Positions 12,766 to 23,998 of a DNA stretch of 64,000 bases are shown here, piece by piece. The translations under genes and the position numbers were made by a program. The notes below the pieces were generated by a model that had not been told where the DNA came from, did not search any database, and worked only from the letters and a program-made list of their open reading frames with translations. The stretch is from positions 2,292,578 through 2,356,577 of the forward strand of contig CP136572.1 in the NCBI GenBank assembly GCA_035193785.1, given 5' to 3'. Every line of letters begins with the position of its first letter. Positions within the stretch are counted from its first letter, which is position 1. Source of the stretch: Planktothrix sp. GU0601_MAG3 (GTDB lineage: Bacteria > Cyanobacteriota > Cyanobacteriia > Cyanobacteriales > Microcoleaceae).

Positions 12766-12900
12766 TTAATATAAATAAATCCCTATTGTTGAGCTTTAGC
12801 CCCTAGATCCTTGGGCGATCGCTCGACAACGAAGTTTGAGAGAATTATTAGGATATAATGGTGAATATTCTATTTATTGTAAGCAGAACAGATCAAAATT

Positions 12901-13563
12901 ATGAGATTAGACGAAGCGGTTGAATTTGCAGAAAATCCTGAACCTCGTTGTCCCTGTGTGTTGTTGTTGGATACTTCCGCATCAATGCAAGGAGTTCCCA
13001 TTGATGCTTTAAACGATGGACTGACGGCATTTAGAAATGATTTAATTCGGGATGAACTTGCTAAAAAACGGGTGGAAGTGGCGATTATTTCCTTTGATAA
13101 TCAAGTTAAAATTGTACAGGATTTCGTCACGGCGGATCAGTTTGAACCTCCTTTATTAACCGCCCAGGGTCAAACTTTTATGGGAACTGCTATTAACCAA
13201 TCTTTAGATTTAGTGGCGGCGAGAAAGTTAGAATATCGCAATAATGGTATTACCTATTATCGTCCTTGGGTTTTTATGATTACCGATGGTGAACCCCAAG
13301 GTGAACCTTACCGGGTTACAGAAGAAGCAACTAGACGCATTCAAGAGGAAGAATTTAAAAAACAGGTGGCTTTTTTTGCCGTGGGAGTTGAAGGGGCAAA
13401 TCTGGATAAATTAGCTCAAATTGTCCAGAGAACTCCGTTAAAATTGCGGGGGTTAGACTTTAGAGAAATGTTTATTTGGTTATCTACAAGTATGCAAACT
13501 GTTTCCCATTCTAAAGTTGATGAACAGGTGGCTTTACCGCCTCCAGGATGGGGAACGGTTTAA
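12901..13563 (+). CDS. TerY/YegL-like vWA domain protein
   Basis: MIDAS motif LLLDTSASM and YYRPWVFMITDGEP. Confidence 0.92.
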   Translation: MRLDEAVEFAENPEPRCPCVLLLDTSASMQGVPIDALNDGLTAFRNDLIRDELAKKRVEVAIISFDNQVKIVQDFVTADQFEPPLLTAQGQTFMGTAINQSLDLVAARKLEYRNNGITYYRPWVFMITDGEPQGEPYRVTEEATRRIQEEEFKKQVAFFAVGVEGANLDKLAQIVQRTPLKLRGLDFREMFIWLSTSMQTVSHSKVDEQVALPPPGWGTV

Positions 13564-13621
13564 GCGGTTATTCATAAAAAATAGGGGTTCACCATCAGTA
13601 GTTAAATTATATAAAATCACA

Positions 13622-14392
13622 ATGAATTCAATCGGTAATTGGCAAGTTGTTTCAGCATCAGTAACCGGAACAAGTCACGAAAAACAAAATATTCCCTGTC
13701 AAGATGCCCAGGGTTATAAACATTTATCTGATCATTGTTTAATCTTTGCCGTAGCCGATGGGGCAGGTTCGGCAAAATTAGCGGATTTAGGGGCGAATAT
13801 TGCTGTTAAAATAGCTTTAGAGACTCTGGAAAAACAGATTAATTCTGTTGATATTGATCTGAATAATATTGCTTGGGAAGATTATCTAAAAGATGCTTTA
13901 AATGCTGCTAAAATTGCAATTGAAGCCGAATCTATTATCCAAGAAACAGAAGTTAGAGAGTTAGCAACTACTTTAATTATAGGTATAGCCACACCGGAAT
14001 TAGTCGCCGTTGCCCAAGTGGGAGATGGGGCGATGGTTGTGGAGGATAAAACTGGAAATATTCTGGAATTAACCATACCAACCAGTGGAGAATATTTGAA
14101 TGAAACGGTATTTTTAGTATCTTCTAATGCGGTTGAAAATGCACAAATTAACCTCTGGTTAGGAAAACCTAAATATTTGGCTGCTTTTTCCGATGGTTTA
14201 CAAATGTTAGCGTTAAAAATGCCGGAAGGAAAACCCCATCACCCGTTCTTTTCTCCTCTGTTTAAATTTGTAGAAACTATCACAGATGAAACCGATGCTC
14301 AAGAGCAGTTAATGGGGTTTTTGCGATCGCCTCGGTTAACACAAAGAACCGATGATGATCTAACCTTAATCTTAGCTAGTTTTAATTCTTAA
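13622..14392 (+). CDS. PP2C-family phosphatase (TerY-P/YegK type)
   Basis: GTSH...CQDA, AVADGAGSA, VGDG, SDGLQ and TDDDLTL motifs. Confidence 0.92.
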   Translation: MNSIGNWQVVSASVTGTSHEKQNIPCQDAQGYKHLSDHCLIFAVADGAGSAKLADLGANIAVKIALETLEKQINSVDIDLNNIAWEDYLKDALNAAKIAIEAESIIQETEVRELATTLIIGIATPELVAVAQVGDGAMVVEDKTGNILELTIPTSGEYLNETVFLVSSNAVENAQINLWLGKPKYLAAFSDGLQMLALKMPEGKPHHPFFSPLFKFVETITDETDAQEQLMGFLRSPRLTQRTDDDLTLILASFNS

Positions 14393-14622
14393 TCTAATTG
14401 GTCTGGGTTAATTCCCGTCTGTCGTAAATGTTCTGCTAACCTTTGACTACGTTCGGTTTCTTGTCTTAATAATACTTCCGTAACTTTAATTAAAATAAGG
14501 GGAATAAGGATCACGGATTTAAGAGGATTTCACGGATTTCGCGGATTTTGATCTATTATACTGTCTACTTCATAACCTATGATGCAGTATAAATTTAGTT
14601 CCGTTGTGAGGAGTTGCAGCAG

Positions 14623-16120
14623 ATGAGGCTTAAAGAGTTATTGGCAAAAGTTGGGATATCAATATTGTCCGAGTCTCACCCGGCTTTGGAACAAGAAGTT
14701 ACGGGGTTAAAAACGAACTCTATTGCTTGTCAACCGGGGGATTTATTCTTAGGAATGCCGGGAACTCGGGTCGATGGCGGGGAGTTTTGGCCGAGTGCGA
14801 TCGCCTCTGGTGCGGTGGCGGCGATTATTTCCCCAAGCGCCGTTGAAAAAACCCAAGACCGGATTACCGCCGAACAGCCCTGCATTATTCCTAGCGATAA
14901 TCTGACCCAAACCTGCGCTAAAATTGCTACGGCTTTTTATGACTATCCGGCGGAAAAATTGCGCCTGGTGGGGGTTACGGGAACCAATGGGAAAACCACA
15001 ACCACCCATTTGATTGAATTTCTCCTCAGCCATAGCAACCATCCCACCGCCTTACTGGGAACTCTGTACGCCCGTTGGCCAGGATTCCAAGAAACGGCTA
15101 CCCATACCACCCCCTTTTCCGTAGAATTACAGGGACAACTGGCCCAGGCGGTCGCCGCCGGATGTGAGTTTGGGGCGATGGAGGTGAGTTCCCATGCGTT
15201 AGACCAGGGACGGGTTCTCGGTTGTCCGTTTTCAGTGGCCGTGTTCACCAATTTAACCCAGGATCATTTGGACTATCACCCGACGATGGAGGATTATTTT
15301 GCGGCGAAATCCTTATTATTTAGTCCCGACTATCTCAAGGGTCGAGCGATTATTAACGCCGATGACCCCTATGGCCAACGGTTAATCGCCCAATTGGGGG
15401 ATCGGGCTTGGAGTTATAGCACCAGTGACCCAAGGGCTGATCTGTGGGCGGATCAACTTTCCTATCAACCCACGGGGGTTAAGGGTGTTCTCCATACTCC
15501 CCAAGGAGAGGCGGAATTTTATTTACCTTTGGTCGGTCAATATAATTTATCTAACCTGTTAGCTGCTGTCGGGGCGGGGTTAAGTTTAGGATTAGATTTA
15601 ACTACTATTGTCGAAAAAACTGCGCAGTTTCAGGGGGTTCCCGGACGGATGGAAACGGGTACAAATTAGCCCGGATCAGGATATTAGTGTAATTGTGGAT
15701 TATGCTCACACCCCCGATAGTTTGGAGAATTTGCTCAAGGCGTCCCGTCCGTTTATTCCGGGTCGGATGATTTGTGTATTTGGTTGTGGGGGCGATCGCG
15801 ATCGGACTAAACGCCCGAAAATGGGGAAAATTGGGGCGGAATTAGCGGATCTTGCGGTTGTGACTTCGGATAATCCCCGCACGGAAGACCCGGAACAGAT
15901 TTTACAAGATGTTTTAGCCGGAATTCCTGACAGTATCAAACCGATTGTCATTGCAGATCGGGCTAAAGCAATTCATACTGCTATTCTGGAGGCGCAACCC
16001 GGAGATGGGGTATTAATTGCGGGAAAAGGTCACGAAGATTATCAAATTTTGGGAACTGAAAAAATCCATTTTGATGATCGAGAACAAGCCCGGAATGCTT
16101 TGGCCATTCGCATTAAATAA
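14623..16120 (+). CDS. murE: UDP-MurNAc-tripeptide ligase MurE (+1 break at GAAAC 15652)
   Basis: [29 protein letters not shown] and DNPR motifs. The repaired junction reads GVPGRMERVQI. Confidence 0.97.
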
Positions 16121-16272
16121 CACGGTTGGAAACACTTAGAAAAAAACTGATTCTCTTCTTATTTCCCCCTTTTTAAGGGGGTTAGGGGGATCATGTGTAG
16201 GGTTAATAGCTAGATTTTATATTGGTTTTTGTGGTATTTTCCCAGAGTTATGAAACACCCCTGAAGGGGTTA

Positions 16273-17082
16273 CTACGAAGATGACCAGACTTGTTTAAAG
16301 ATATAAATTGAGAGAATAATTAAAAATATTCTAAACATCATAGTTACGGTTTGATCGGATAATTTGGGTAAAAATCTAGTGCTAATTTGGGCTCCTAATA
16401 ATCCTCCTAACCCTAAAACAATTCCTGGAATCCATAATACATTCCCTTGAATTGCGTGTCCAGCACAAGCAGAAATAGCGGTAATCATAATCACTCCTAA
16501 GCTGGTTTGAATCGCAACTTTAATGGTTTCTCCTAATAACAATATTTGCAAAGGAACCATAATAATCCCTCCACCCACGCCAAATAATCCGGCTAAAATT
16601 CCGGCGGAACTTCCCGTTAAAATTCGAGCAAAAACCGGATTAAATCGTATATTATCCTCAGAATTTATAGTGGATTCAGAGGTTTGTTGTTCTTCTAGTT
16701 GTTTTTTATTAGCTGTTATTTGTTTACGAACTTCTACTAAATATACATTTAACAATAATAAACAGCCAAATAAAAATAATAATAATTTAGAGGGAAATAT
16801 TCCTGCCAAAAATACTCCGATTTGTGCAGTTAATACCGAAGGAAAGCCAATTCCAATCACTTTATTAAAACTCAAATATCCCATCCGCCAATTTTGAAAA
16901 CTTCCAGAAATAGCCGTAATTACAATAGATAAACTACTGGTCGCCACCGCTTGAACAGGTGTATATCCTAATGCAACTAATAAGGGGACTAAAACCGTCC
17001 CGCCCCCAATTCCTAAAAATCCGGCTAAAATCCCAGCAACTAATCCCCCACCCGCTAAAATTATTAATTGAAATATAGTCAT
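16273..17082 (-). CDS. TauE/SafE (TSUP) family membrane transporter
   Basis: Two repeats of the GxxAGxxGxGGG..VP motif and hydrophobic helices. Confidence 0.92.
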   Translation of the reverse strand: MTIFQLIILAGGGLVAGILAGFLGIGGGTVLVPLLVALGYTPVQAVATSSLSIVITAISGSFQNWRMGYLSFNKVIGIGFPSVLTAQIGVFLAGIFPSKLLLFLFGCLLLLNVYLVEVRKQITANKKQLEEQQTSESTINSEDNIRFNPVFARILTGSSAGILAGLFGVGGGIIMVPLQILLLGETIKVAIQTSLGVIMITAISACAGHAIQGNVLWIPGIVLGLGGLLGAQISTRFLPKLSDQTVTMMFRIFLIILSIYIFKQVWSSS

Positions 17083-17201
17083 ATTGTATTTTTTGTACTG
17101 ATTATGTTAGATTTTTTGTTAAGAGGGGTAATAGACAATAGTGATTTATTTTTCGATCTGATAATACCCATAATCATTTTATCTACTAAAGAACCATAAT
17201 T

Positions 17202-18685
17202 ATGACCATTTTTCAGAAAATTATACAATTTCTATATACAATTTTTACCCAACCTATTAGAGTCGGTGAAATCACGATTTCGGTTAGTTTAATTATTACG
17301 GTAATTATATCACTATTATTTGTCATTTTCTTAGCTAGATTAGTGACGAACTGGCTGCGGGATAAATTATTAGTAAAATGGGGATTTGATGAAGGAAGTC
17401 GAGAAGCGATATCCACAATTTTTTATTATTTTGTCATTGCATTAGGGTTTATTATTGTTCCTCAAGCCTGCGGTTTAGATATTCGCTCTTTAACCTTCTT
17501 AGCTGGGGGTTTGGGGATTGGGATTGGTTTGGGATTTCAAGGATTATTCCAGAATTTTGTTAGCGGATTAATCTTACTTATTGAAACGTCCGGTTAAGGT
17601 AGGAGATTATGTTGAAATTGATAATTTAGAAGGCAATATTAAAAAAATATCTATTCGCGCTACAACTATTTTAACTAATGATGGAATCTCGATTATTATT
17701 CCCAATCAAACTTTAGTTAATGCCAATATTATTAACTGGAGTTATGGAAATATCAATAGTCGAATTCATATTAAAGTTCCTGTTGCTTATGGAAGTGATC
17801 CTGTGTTAGTTACAGAAGTTTTATTAACCGTTGCTCGTCAAGAATCTAGGGTTTTATCCTATCCCGCTCCTCAAGTTTGGTTAAGAAATTTTGGAGATGA
17901 TTCTATGGATTTTGAACTGTTAGTCTGGATTGATCAGCCCAAGGCTAGACTTCCGATTCAAAGTGCCTTAAACTATATGATTGAAAATGCTTTTAAAAAA
18001 AACAATATTACTATTCCCTTACCCCAAAGAGATTTATGGATTAAAAATCCCGAAGATCTGAGAATGATTTTTAAACCCGATCCAACTGTTGTTAATTCTT
18101 CAGTTCAAACCCAATCTTTTCCGATTCAAACTATTGAAAATTCTCAAGGTTTAGACCTATCTATTAATCATATATCCCTACGGGATTTATTAAGAAAAGT
18201 TGTTTATTTTGAACAGTTAACCGAACTAGAAATATTAGGATTAATTGAACAAGGGTATCGAGAAACCGTTGTTCCCGGAGCCTTTATTTTCCATGAAGGT
18301 GATCCGGGGGATGCGTTCCATATTATTCTCTCAGGTTCCGTAGAAATTCTATCAGAAAAACTCGATAAACAGATTAGAAATTTACAAGCTGGAGACTTCT
18401 TTGGGGAACTGTCTTTAATTATGGGAATCCCCCGCACGGCGGCGGTTAGAACCCTAGAAACAACCATTTTGTTTGTGGTTGATCGCAATGTATTTCATTA
18501 TTTTTTATCCAAATATCCGCAAGTCGCGGATCAAATTGCAGAAAAATTAGTTGAACGTAAACAGGAATTACTTGAACGTCAACAACTATTAAGAGAAATG
18601 GGAGTATTGGGGGCAGAAGAAGATTTAGAGAAACAATCCTTTGGTCTGGGTAAGAGAACGAATGAAAGCGTTATTTGGCATTTAA
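17202..18685 (+). CDS. MscS-family mechanosensitive channel with a C-terminal cyclic-nucleotide-binding domain (+1 breaks at 17583 and 18630)
   Basis: GIGIGLGFQ...NFVSGLILLIERPVKVGD after repair. cNMP motif GDFFGELSL...PRTAAV. The repaired end reads ENNPLVWVRERMKALFGI*. Confidence 0.9.
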
Positions 18686-18714
18686 AAGTAACAATGATCA
18701 ATTATTTGACTGTC

Positions 18715-19647
18715 TTAATAGTCCAAATTTGCTCGCGCATTCCGACGCCACATTTGCGGTTTAATACGTCGTAAAGCAGAAGCGCGAAATCGTTGATCCC
18801 ATTCGGTTTCAGAAAGTTCGGCTAATTCGGTTAATTTAGGAGCAATATTTTCAGGATAGGGTTGAAATTCTATAACGTCTGTTTCCTGGGAAAAACGTTG
18901 ATTCCAAGGGCAAACTTCTTGACAAATATCACACCCAGCCACCCAACCGTTTAAATTTTTGCTAATATTTTCGGGTAAGGTTTCTGCCCGATTTTCAATG
19001 GTATGATAGGCAATACAACGGTTAGCATCAACTACAAAGGGTTGGGTAATTGCACCCGTGGGACAGGCTTCTAAACATCGGGTACAGGTGCCACAATGTT
19101 GAGTATGGGGAGGGTCGGGGGTGAGGGTTAAATTGGTTAAAATTTCCCCTAAAAATACCCAAGATCCGTATTTTCTAGTAATCAGATTACTATTTTTAGC
19201 AATCCATCCAATTCCGGCTTTTTCTGCCCAAACTTTATCTTGAATTGGCCCGGTATCGGCATAATATCGGGCTTGAATTCCGGGTGCTTGTTGTTGTAAC
19301 CATTCGGAAAAAGTCTTTAATTTTTTATGTAAAACCCTATGATAATCTCGTCCCCGAGCATAACGGGAAATTTTACCCAATTCGGGATTTTCTGGTTGTT
19401 GATCGGGGGTATAATAGTTGAGTGCTACACAAATAACTGATGCAACTTCTGGCATTAATTGACGAATATTTTGGCGTTTGGGGCTATTCATCCAAGCCAT
19501 ATCCGCGGCATATCCTTGGTCTAACCAAGATTGCAGGTGTTGACGGTTTTCTTCGGTTTCAATAATTGCTGCAATACCAACTTGATGAAATCCCAAATCT
19601 AGGGCTTTTTGTTTAATTAGATTGGTGTTAATTGGTGAATTCATCAT
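18715..19647 (-). CDS. queG: Epoxyqueuosine reductase QueG
   Basis: [24 protein letters not shown] and [12 protein letters not shown] motifs. Confidence 0.96.
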   Translation of the reverse strand: MMNSPINTNLIKQKALDLGFHQVGIAAIIETEENRQHLQSWLDQGYAADMAWMNSPKRQNIRQLMPEVASVICVALNYYTPDQQPENPELGKISRYARGRDYHRVLHKKLKTFSEWLQQQAPGIQARYYADTGPIQDKVWAEKAGIGWIAKNSNLITRKYGSWVFLGEILTNLTLTPDPPHTQHCGTCTRCLEACPTGAITQPFVVDANRCIAYHTIENRAETLPENISKNLNGWVAGCDICQEVCPWNQRFSQETDVIEFQPYPENIAPKLTELAELSETEWDQRFRASALRRIKPQMWRRNARANLDY

Positions 19648-19710
19648 GGTTATATATAGCAGGAGAAAGTTTAAGATTCCTCCTGTCTCCTGTCTATATT
19701 GAATCAGTGC

Positions 19711-20142
19711 CTATGCTTTCGGGGTTTTATCGGGTAAACTAGCTTGTAATTTCAAACAATTGCCACCTTCAATTTGTAAACAATAATCCACTCGATCCAT
19801 TAAGCGATTCATAATTAACCAACCATAACCATTTTCTTGTTTATCTTCTGGTTTAGGCGGATTATAATTATCGATTTCATAACCGGTACCGTGATCCCAA
19901 ATTTCTAAGGAAATATCTCGTTCTTGTAATTCTAAACGAACCATCACAGGAAGATGGGGTTTATCGCGGTGAGCATGACGGATGACGTTGGAGTAAGCTT
20001 CTGCAAGGACAAGGCGAAACCGATTCGACTGACGGGGCCAATCGACATGATCTCCTAGTTCGACTTCCAAACTGCTCAATAACCAGTTTTCAACGATGGT
20101 TAAAAACCTAATATCGCTTGGCACTTGAAGCTCAGTTTTCAT
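19711..20142 (-). CDS. RsbW-like anti-sigma factor Ser kinase (HATPase_c_2)
   Basis: EAYSNVIRHA, IWDHGTG and GYGWLIM motifs. It overlaps the end of the upstream phosphatase gene. Confidence 0.9.
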   Translation of the reverse strand: MKTELQVPSDIRFLTIVENWLLSSLEVELGDHVDWPRQSNRFRLVLAEAYSNVIRHAHRDKPHLPVMVRLELQERDISLEIWDHGTGYEIDNYNPPKPEDKQENGYGWLIMNRLMDRVDYCLQIEGGNCLKLQASLPDKTPKA

Positions 20143-21825
20143 CGGTCAACAAAACCTCCAGAGAGAGTATAGTCTGATCATCTTCCTGAACGGGATTATG
20201 TTCTCGGATGGCGGCTAATAGGCCGTCTAAATTTAATTGTTCTTGCTGTTGGAGTAACTTCCAAAGTCCCTCCTGTTGCAACATAGAGCGAATGGCGGGA
20301 CTGCCATCGGTTGAGTCTTGCACCACTGTAGCTTCAGTAATCCCATCACTGGTGACTAAGAAGATATCACCGGGGTTGAGGGCGAGACTATCTCCTTTGC
20401 CTCTCCAGACGGGAAGAATTCCTAAAGGAATCCCACGGGTCTTGAGGAACATCGGTTCCACGGGAACAGATGAATTCGGGTGATTCTCCCCCAGGTTACT
20501 CTCCAGCTTTGACCAAACCAGGGGATAAATATGTCCGGCATTGGCATAGGCTAAATGTCGCGTAGAAGGCGTGTAACGAGCCACAACCATCGTAATAAAG
20601 TGATTATTACTGACTAAATCATCGGACAAAATGCTATTCAGATTTTGCATGACTTGATCGGGTTTCTGGGGAACTTTCCACGGATAGTTCCCGACGCATC
20701 ACCGAAATCGCACTGGCCATAAATAGGGCCGCTGGAACCCCCTTACCGGACACATCCCCCAGGGCTACCCAAATATCTCCCTGGGGATGGGTAAAGACTT
20801 CAAAGAAATCTCCTCCCACCTCCCGGGCTGGATGACAACAGGCTTGTACCCGCAGGGTCTCAAACTCTGGCCAACTCTGACGCAGGAGATTATTTTGAAT
20901 TTGACTGGCGACTTTGAGTTCGTTCTGCATCTGTTCGGCTAACTCTACCGTGCGTTGATAGAGTTTGGCTTGGGACAGTGCTACAGAGGCCTGTTCGGAA
21001 ACGACTTCCAACAGTTGAATATCATCCTCTGACCAAGGAGAGGGACTGTTTTCTTGATAAATGGCCAAAACCGCCAGTAAATCATGTTGATAGGTCAGGG
21101 GTAAAACGATTTGACTGACTGGGTTAGAGTTTTCTCCCTGTTGAATTTCAATGTCTCGACTTTCTAAGACCCCTTGCATTGAGGTTTCCAGTTGAGATAA
21201 CCAAGTTTGGACATTCTCTGTTTCTCCCCCGTAGGAAAAAGTTTGAGCAGAAAGTTTCCCCGCTTCAACCGAGCGAATACAGCAGCCCGTGGCATTAAAG
21301 GTTTCTCCCAGGGTGCGAACAATCGTCTGGAGCATACTGGAGTAGTCGAGGGACTCTCGCAGGGCACTGACAACATCGTTATAGAGAGATTCCCGCCGCA
21401 GGGCACGCCGCAGGGTGTTTGTCCTTTGTTTGAAGAATTTATATGTTTCCGAAGCTTGTTGAATTACAGACTTTAGTTCTTCAGGATTCCAAGGTTTGGT
21501 GATGTATTTGAAAACTTGGCCAGAGTTAATCGCTTCCACAAGGTCTTCGACATCCGTATATCCGGTTAACAGAATCCGAATGGTGTCTGGAAAACGTTCA
21601 ACGGTTTTACCGAGAAATTCGGTTTCCGTTCATTTCTGGCATTCGTTGATCGGAAATAATCACGGCCATTTCACCCTCGTCGTCGAGAATTTGCAGAGCT
21701 TTGAGGGCGCTGTCGGCCTTGAACACTTGGAAGTCCCGGCGAAATGTCCGAAACAACAAATCTAAGTTGTCTGGTTCGTCATCGACGACCATGAGTTTCA
21801 GCTTTCGACCGTCTCCCCGACTCAT
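20132..21825 (-). CDS. REC-GAF-SpoIIE (RsbU-like) phosphatase (+1 breaks at 21622 and 20662)
   Basis: VVDDEPDN and ISDQRMP receiver motifs; VGGDFF, GDVSGKG, SDGITEA and EDDQT PP2C motifs. Three ORFs join after two single-base repairs. Confidence 0.92.
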
Positions 21826-22189
21826 GCGATTCTCTACTCCCAGATGAACAGATCAGGTGTTACCCATATTATCAAACAAACGGGTGCAAAACCCCGAATC
21901 AAGAATCTTCCTACTCTATAGATGGGGTTTCGGTAAGATACGGACGAATTTAACAATTTGACCTGTGACTTCAATTCCGATTAAATGATTTTCTAAAGTA
22001 AATCTATAAAAAATAGCACTGGAAACCTAAAGCTTTAAGTTCAGGTAAATCCTTGATATTGTTAACATCTTTAAATTCAACAAACACAAAATGATAGACC
22101 CTAGAATAAGCTGATGCTTCTAAGTTCATCAGGTCATGGACAAAAGAACGACCATAGCGAACATCGAGAGTCACGACGGGTTTATTTAT

Positions 22190-22492
22190 TTACTCATTCA
22201 CTTTGGGCATGGGACGATAGGTAGGATGTTCTGGATGGGTGGTCGTTGACCGATTATACTCAAAATACAGCATTTGTAGGGCTTCATCATAGGTTAAGGA
22301 GTCCCCCGGTTTGAGGTCTTCCTTGGCTTCTTGAATGGCCTTGAGTATATAGGTATCATAGATTAGGGTCTGCAAGGATTTCCATGCTTTTCCTAAATCT
22401 TCTTCGGAAACCTGATCCACTAAGTAGTGCAGTTTTTTTCTAAGCGGATTTATCATTTTTACAGTTAAAATCCCGACTCGGGTAGTCTGCAT
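22190..22492 (-). CDS. Small hypothetical protein, antitoxin-like in size and composition
   Basis: Short helical ORF ending ...AIQEAKEDLKPGDSLTYDEAL. Function is not recognised with certainty. Confidence 0.6.
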   Translation of the reverse strand: MQTTRVGILTVKMINPLRKKLHYLVDQVSEEDLGKAWKSLQTLIYDTYILKAIQEAKEDLKPGDSLTYDEALQMLYFEYNRSTTTHPEHPTYRPMPKVNE

Positions 22493-22522
22493 TTACTATT
22501 TTATCAGTTTTGGGCTCGATCT

Positions 22523-22768
22523 TCAAATTGTAAAGTGCCGTTTGAAACGTGGATCAAGATCGGCTTTCTTTTTGCGATTACATTGAAAACACAGGGTTTG
22601 TAAATTACTAATATCATTAGATCCTCCCTTAGCTAAGGGAATAATATGATCCATAGTTAGTTGGGCTTCATTTTCTGTTTTGCCACAACCTTTACATTGA
22701 TAATTGTCCCGGCCAAATACATAGGTTCGGACTTCTGGAGGAATAAAAATTCTAGGGGTTTTATTCAT
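22523..22768 (-). CDS. Stand-alone HNH endonuclease
   Basis: RDNYQCKGCG...DHIIPLAKGGSNDISNLQTLCFQCNRKK. Confidence 0.93.
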   Translation of the reverse strand: MNKTPRIFIPPEVRTYVFGRDNYQCKGCGKTENEAQLTMDHIIPLAKGGSNDISNLQTLCFQCNRKKKADLDPRFKRHFTI

Positions 22769-22843
22769 GGTTTTACCTTTAATTCAACCATCGCTCTATT
22801 CTTTAATTATAGATCATAATCTACTCATTTCTCAATACCCTAT

Positions 22844-23332
22844 TTAAAAATCTCCCAATTTTGACTTAATGATCAAATCAAGATTCTGCCAATCTTCAAG
22901 ATTAGATTGGGACAATAATAAATATTTTTCATAACCCAATTTTAACCTATTTTCCATCTCAGCATATAGGTTACGACTGTTAGCGGTGGGACAGATAAAA
23001 GAATATTCAACCAAAGCAAAATTCAGGGCAAACCATAGGCAATAAATCAATTGTACATTCCGATCGCTTTCTAATTTCCCTAAAGAATTATAGATAGCTG
23101 ATGCAATTCTCCCAAACTCATTTTCTGCCTTAGTATTAGTTGCGCCCATTTCACAAACCAGATCATAGTTTAAATCAGAATATTGATTTTTGCCTTTAGT
23201 CCATAATTTATTAAACAGTTCATCGCTATTAACTTTTCTGGGATTTTCTCGACTATTAATAATGCTGCAAATTTCATTTATTAAATCATCAATTGTAAAA
23301 TATAAAGTGTAAATTTTTTCTATATTATTCAT
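22844..23332 (-). CDS. Hypothetical protein, AT-rich (162 aa)
   Basis: Clean ORF co-oriented between the KGK and HNH genes. Confidence 0.7.
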   Translation of the reverse strand: MNNIEKIYTLYFTIDDLINEICSIINSRENPRKVNSDELFNKLWTKGKNQYSDLNYDLVCEMGATNTKAENEFGRIASAIYNSLGKLESDRNVQLIYCLWFALNFALVEYSFICPTANSRNLYAEMENRLKLGYEKYLLLSQSNLEDWQNLDLIIKSKLGDF

Positions 23333-23440
23333 GGTTATTTGTGAAAGTTAAGGGAATAAGGATTTATTTTTTGATCATTCTAATAGAGGGCAATAATTTT
23401 TATTCTATATATTTATAAAAACTATTGCCTATTGCTTTAT

Positions 23441-23848
23441 TTAACTATTATTTTCTCGGTTTAATGTTTGACGAATATCATCTAAGGATTTTACCATTTC
23501 ATCCATTTCTTCTTCTTCATCAACTTCATCTTCTTCCGGTTCGTCTGGACAAAATTCGAGAGTAACTTTCATTTTCAGGGTTCCGGGTTGCCATTCTTTC
23601 GCACCTAACTTTAAAAGTTGACACTCTTTTCCTTCTTCAAACCATTGTTTGTCATAACGACTATTATCTATAATCACAGAAAATGATTGATTAGATTGTT
23701 GACTAACAAGTGATTCTATAATTCTATATGAATTTTCTTTCAAAGCATACTCAAGATCTTGTTTCAGCCTTTCAACAAGGCAAGTATGATTTCCAAATAA
23801 CAGAACTTCATAATTTTCACAGTTTTTTGAATCAACTACATCACTCAT
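23441..23848 (-). CDS. KGK domain protein
   Basis: WFEEGKECQLLKLGAKEWQPGTLKMKVTLEFCPDEPE...LDDIRQ signature. Confidence 0.88.
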   Translation of the reverse strand: MSDVVDSKNCENYEVLLFGNHTCLVERLKQDLEYALKENSYRIIESLVSQQSNQSFSVIIDNSRYDKQWFEEGKECQLLKLGAKEWQPGTLKMKVTLEFCPDEPEEDEVDEEEEMDEMVKSLDDIRQTLNRENNS

Positions 23849-23998
23849 GTCTAAACAATGACCTCATAAAATATCAATATGTTTATTTTAGAGTTATAAC
23901 AATATTTTGTCAATATTAAAATTATTATAATTTGGTGTAACCAAAACCCCGGATTCTTTAAGAAACCGGGGTTTTTATTAGCGAGTTTATGAGTCTAA

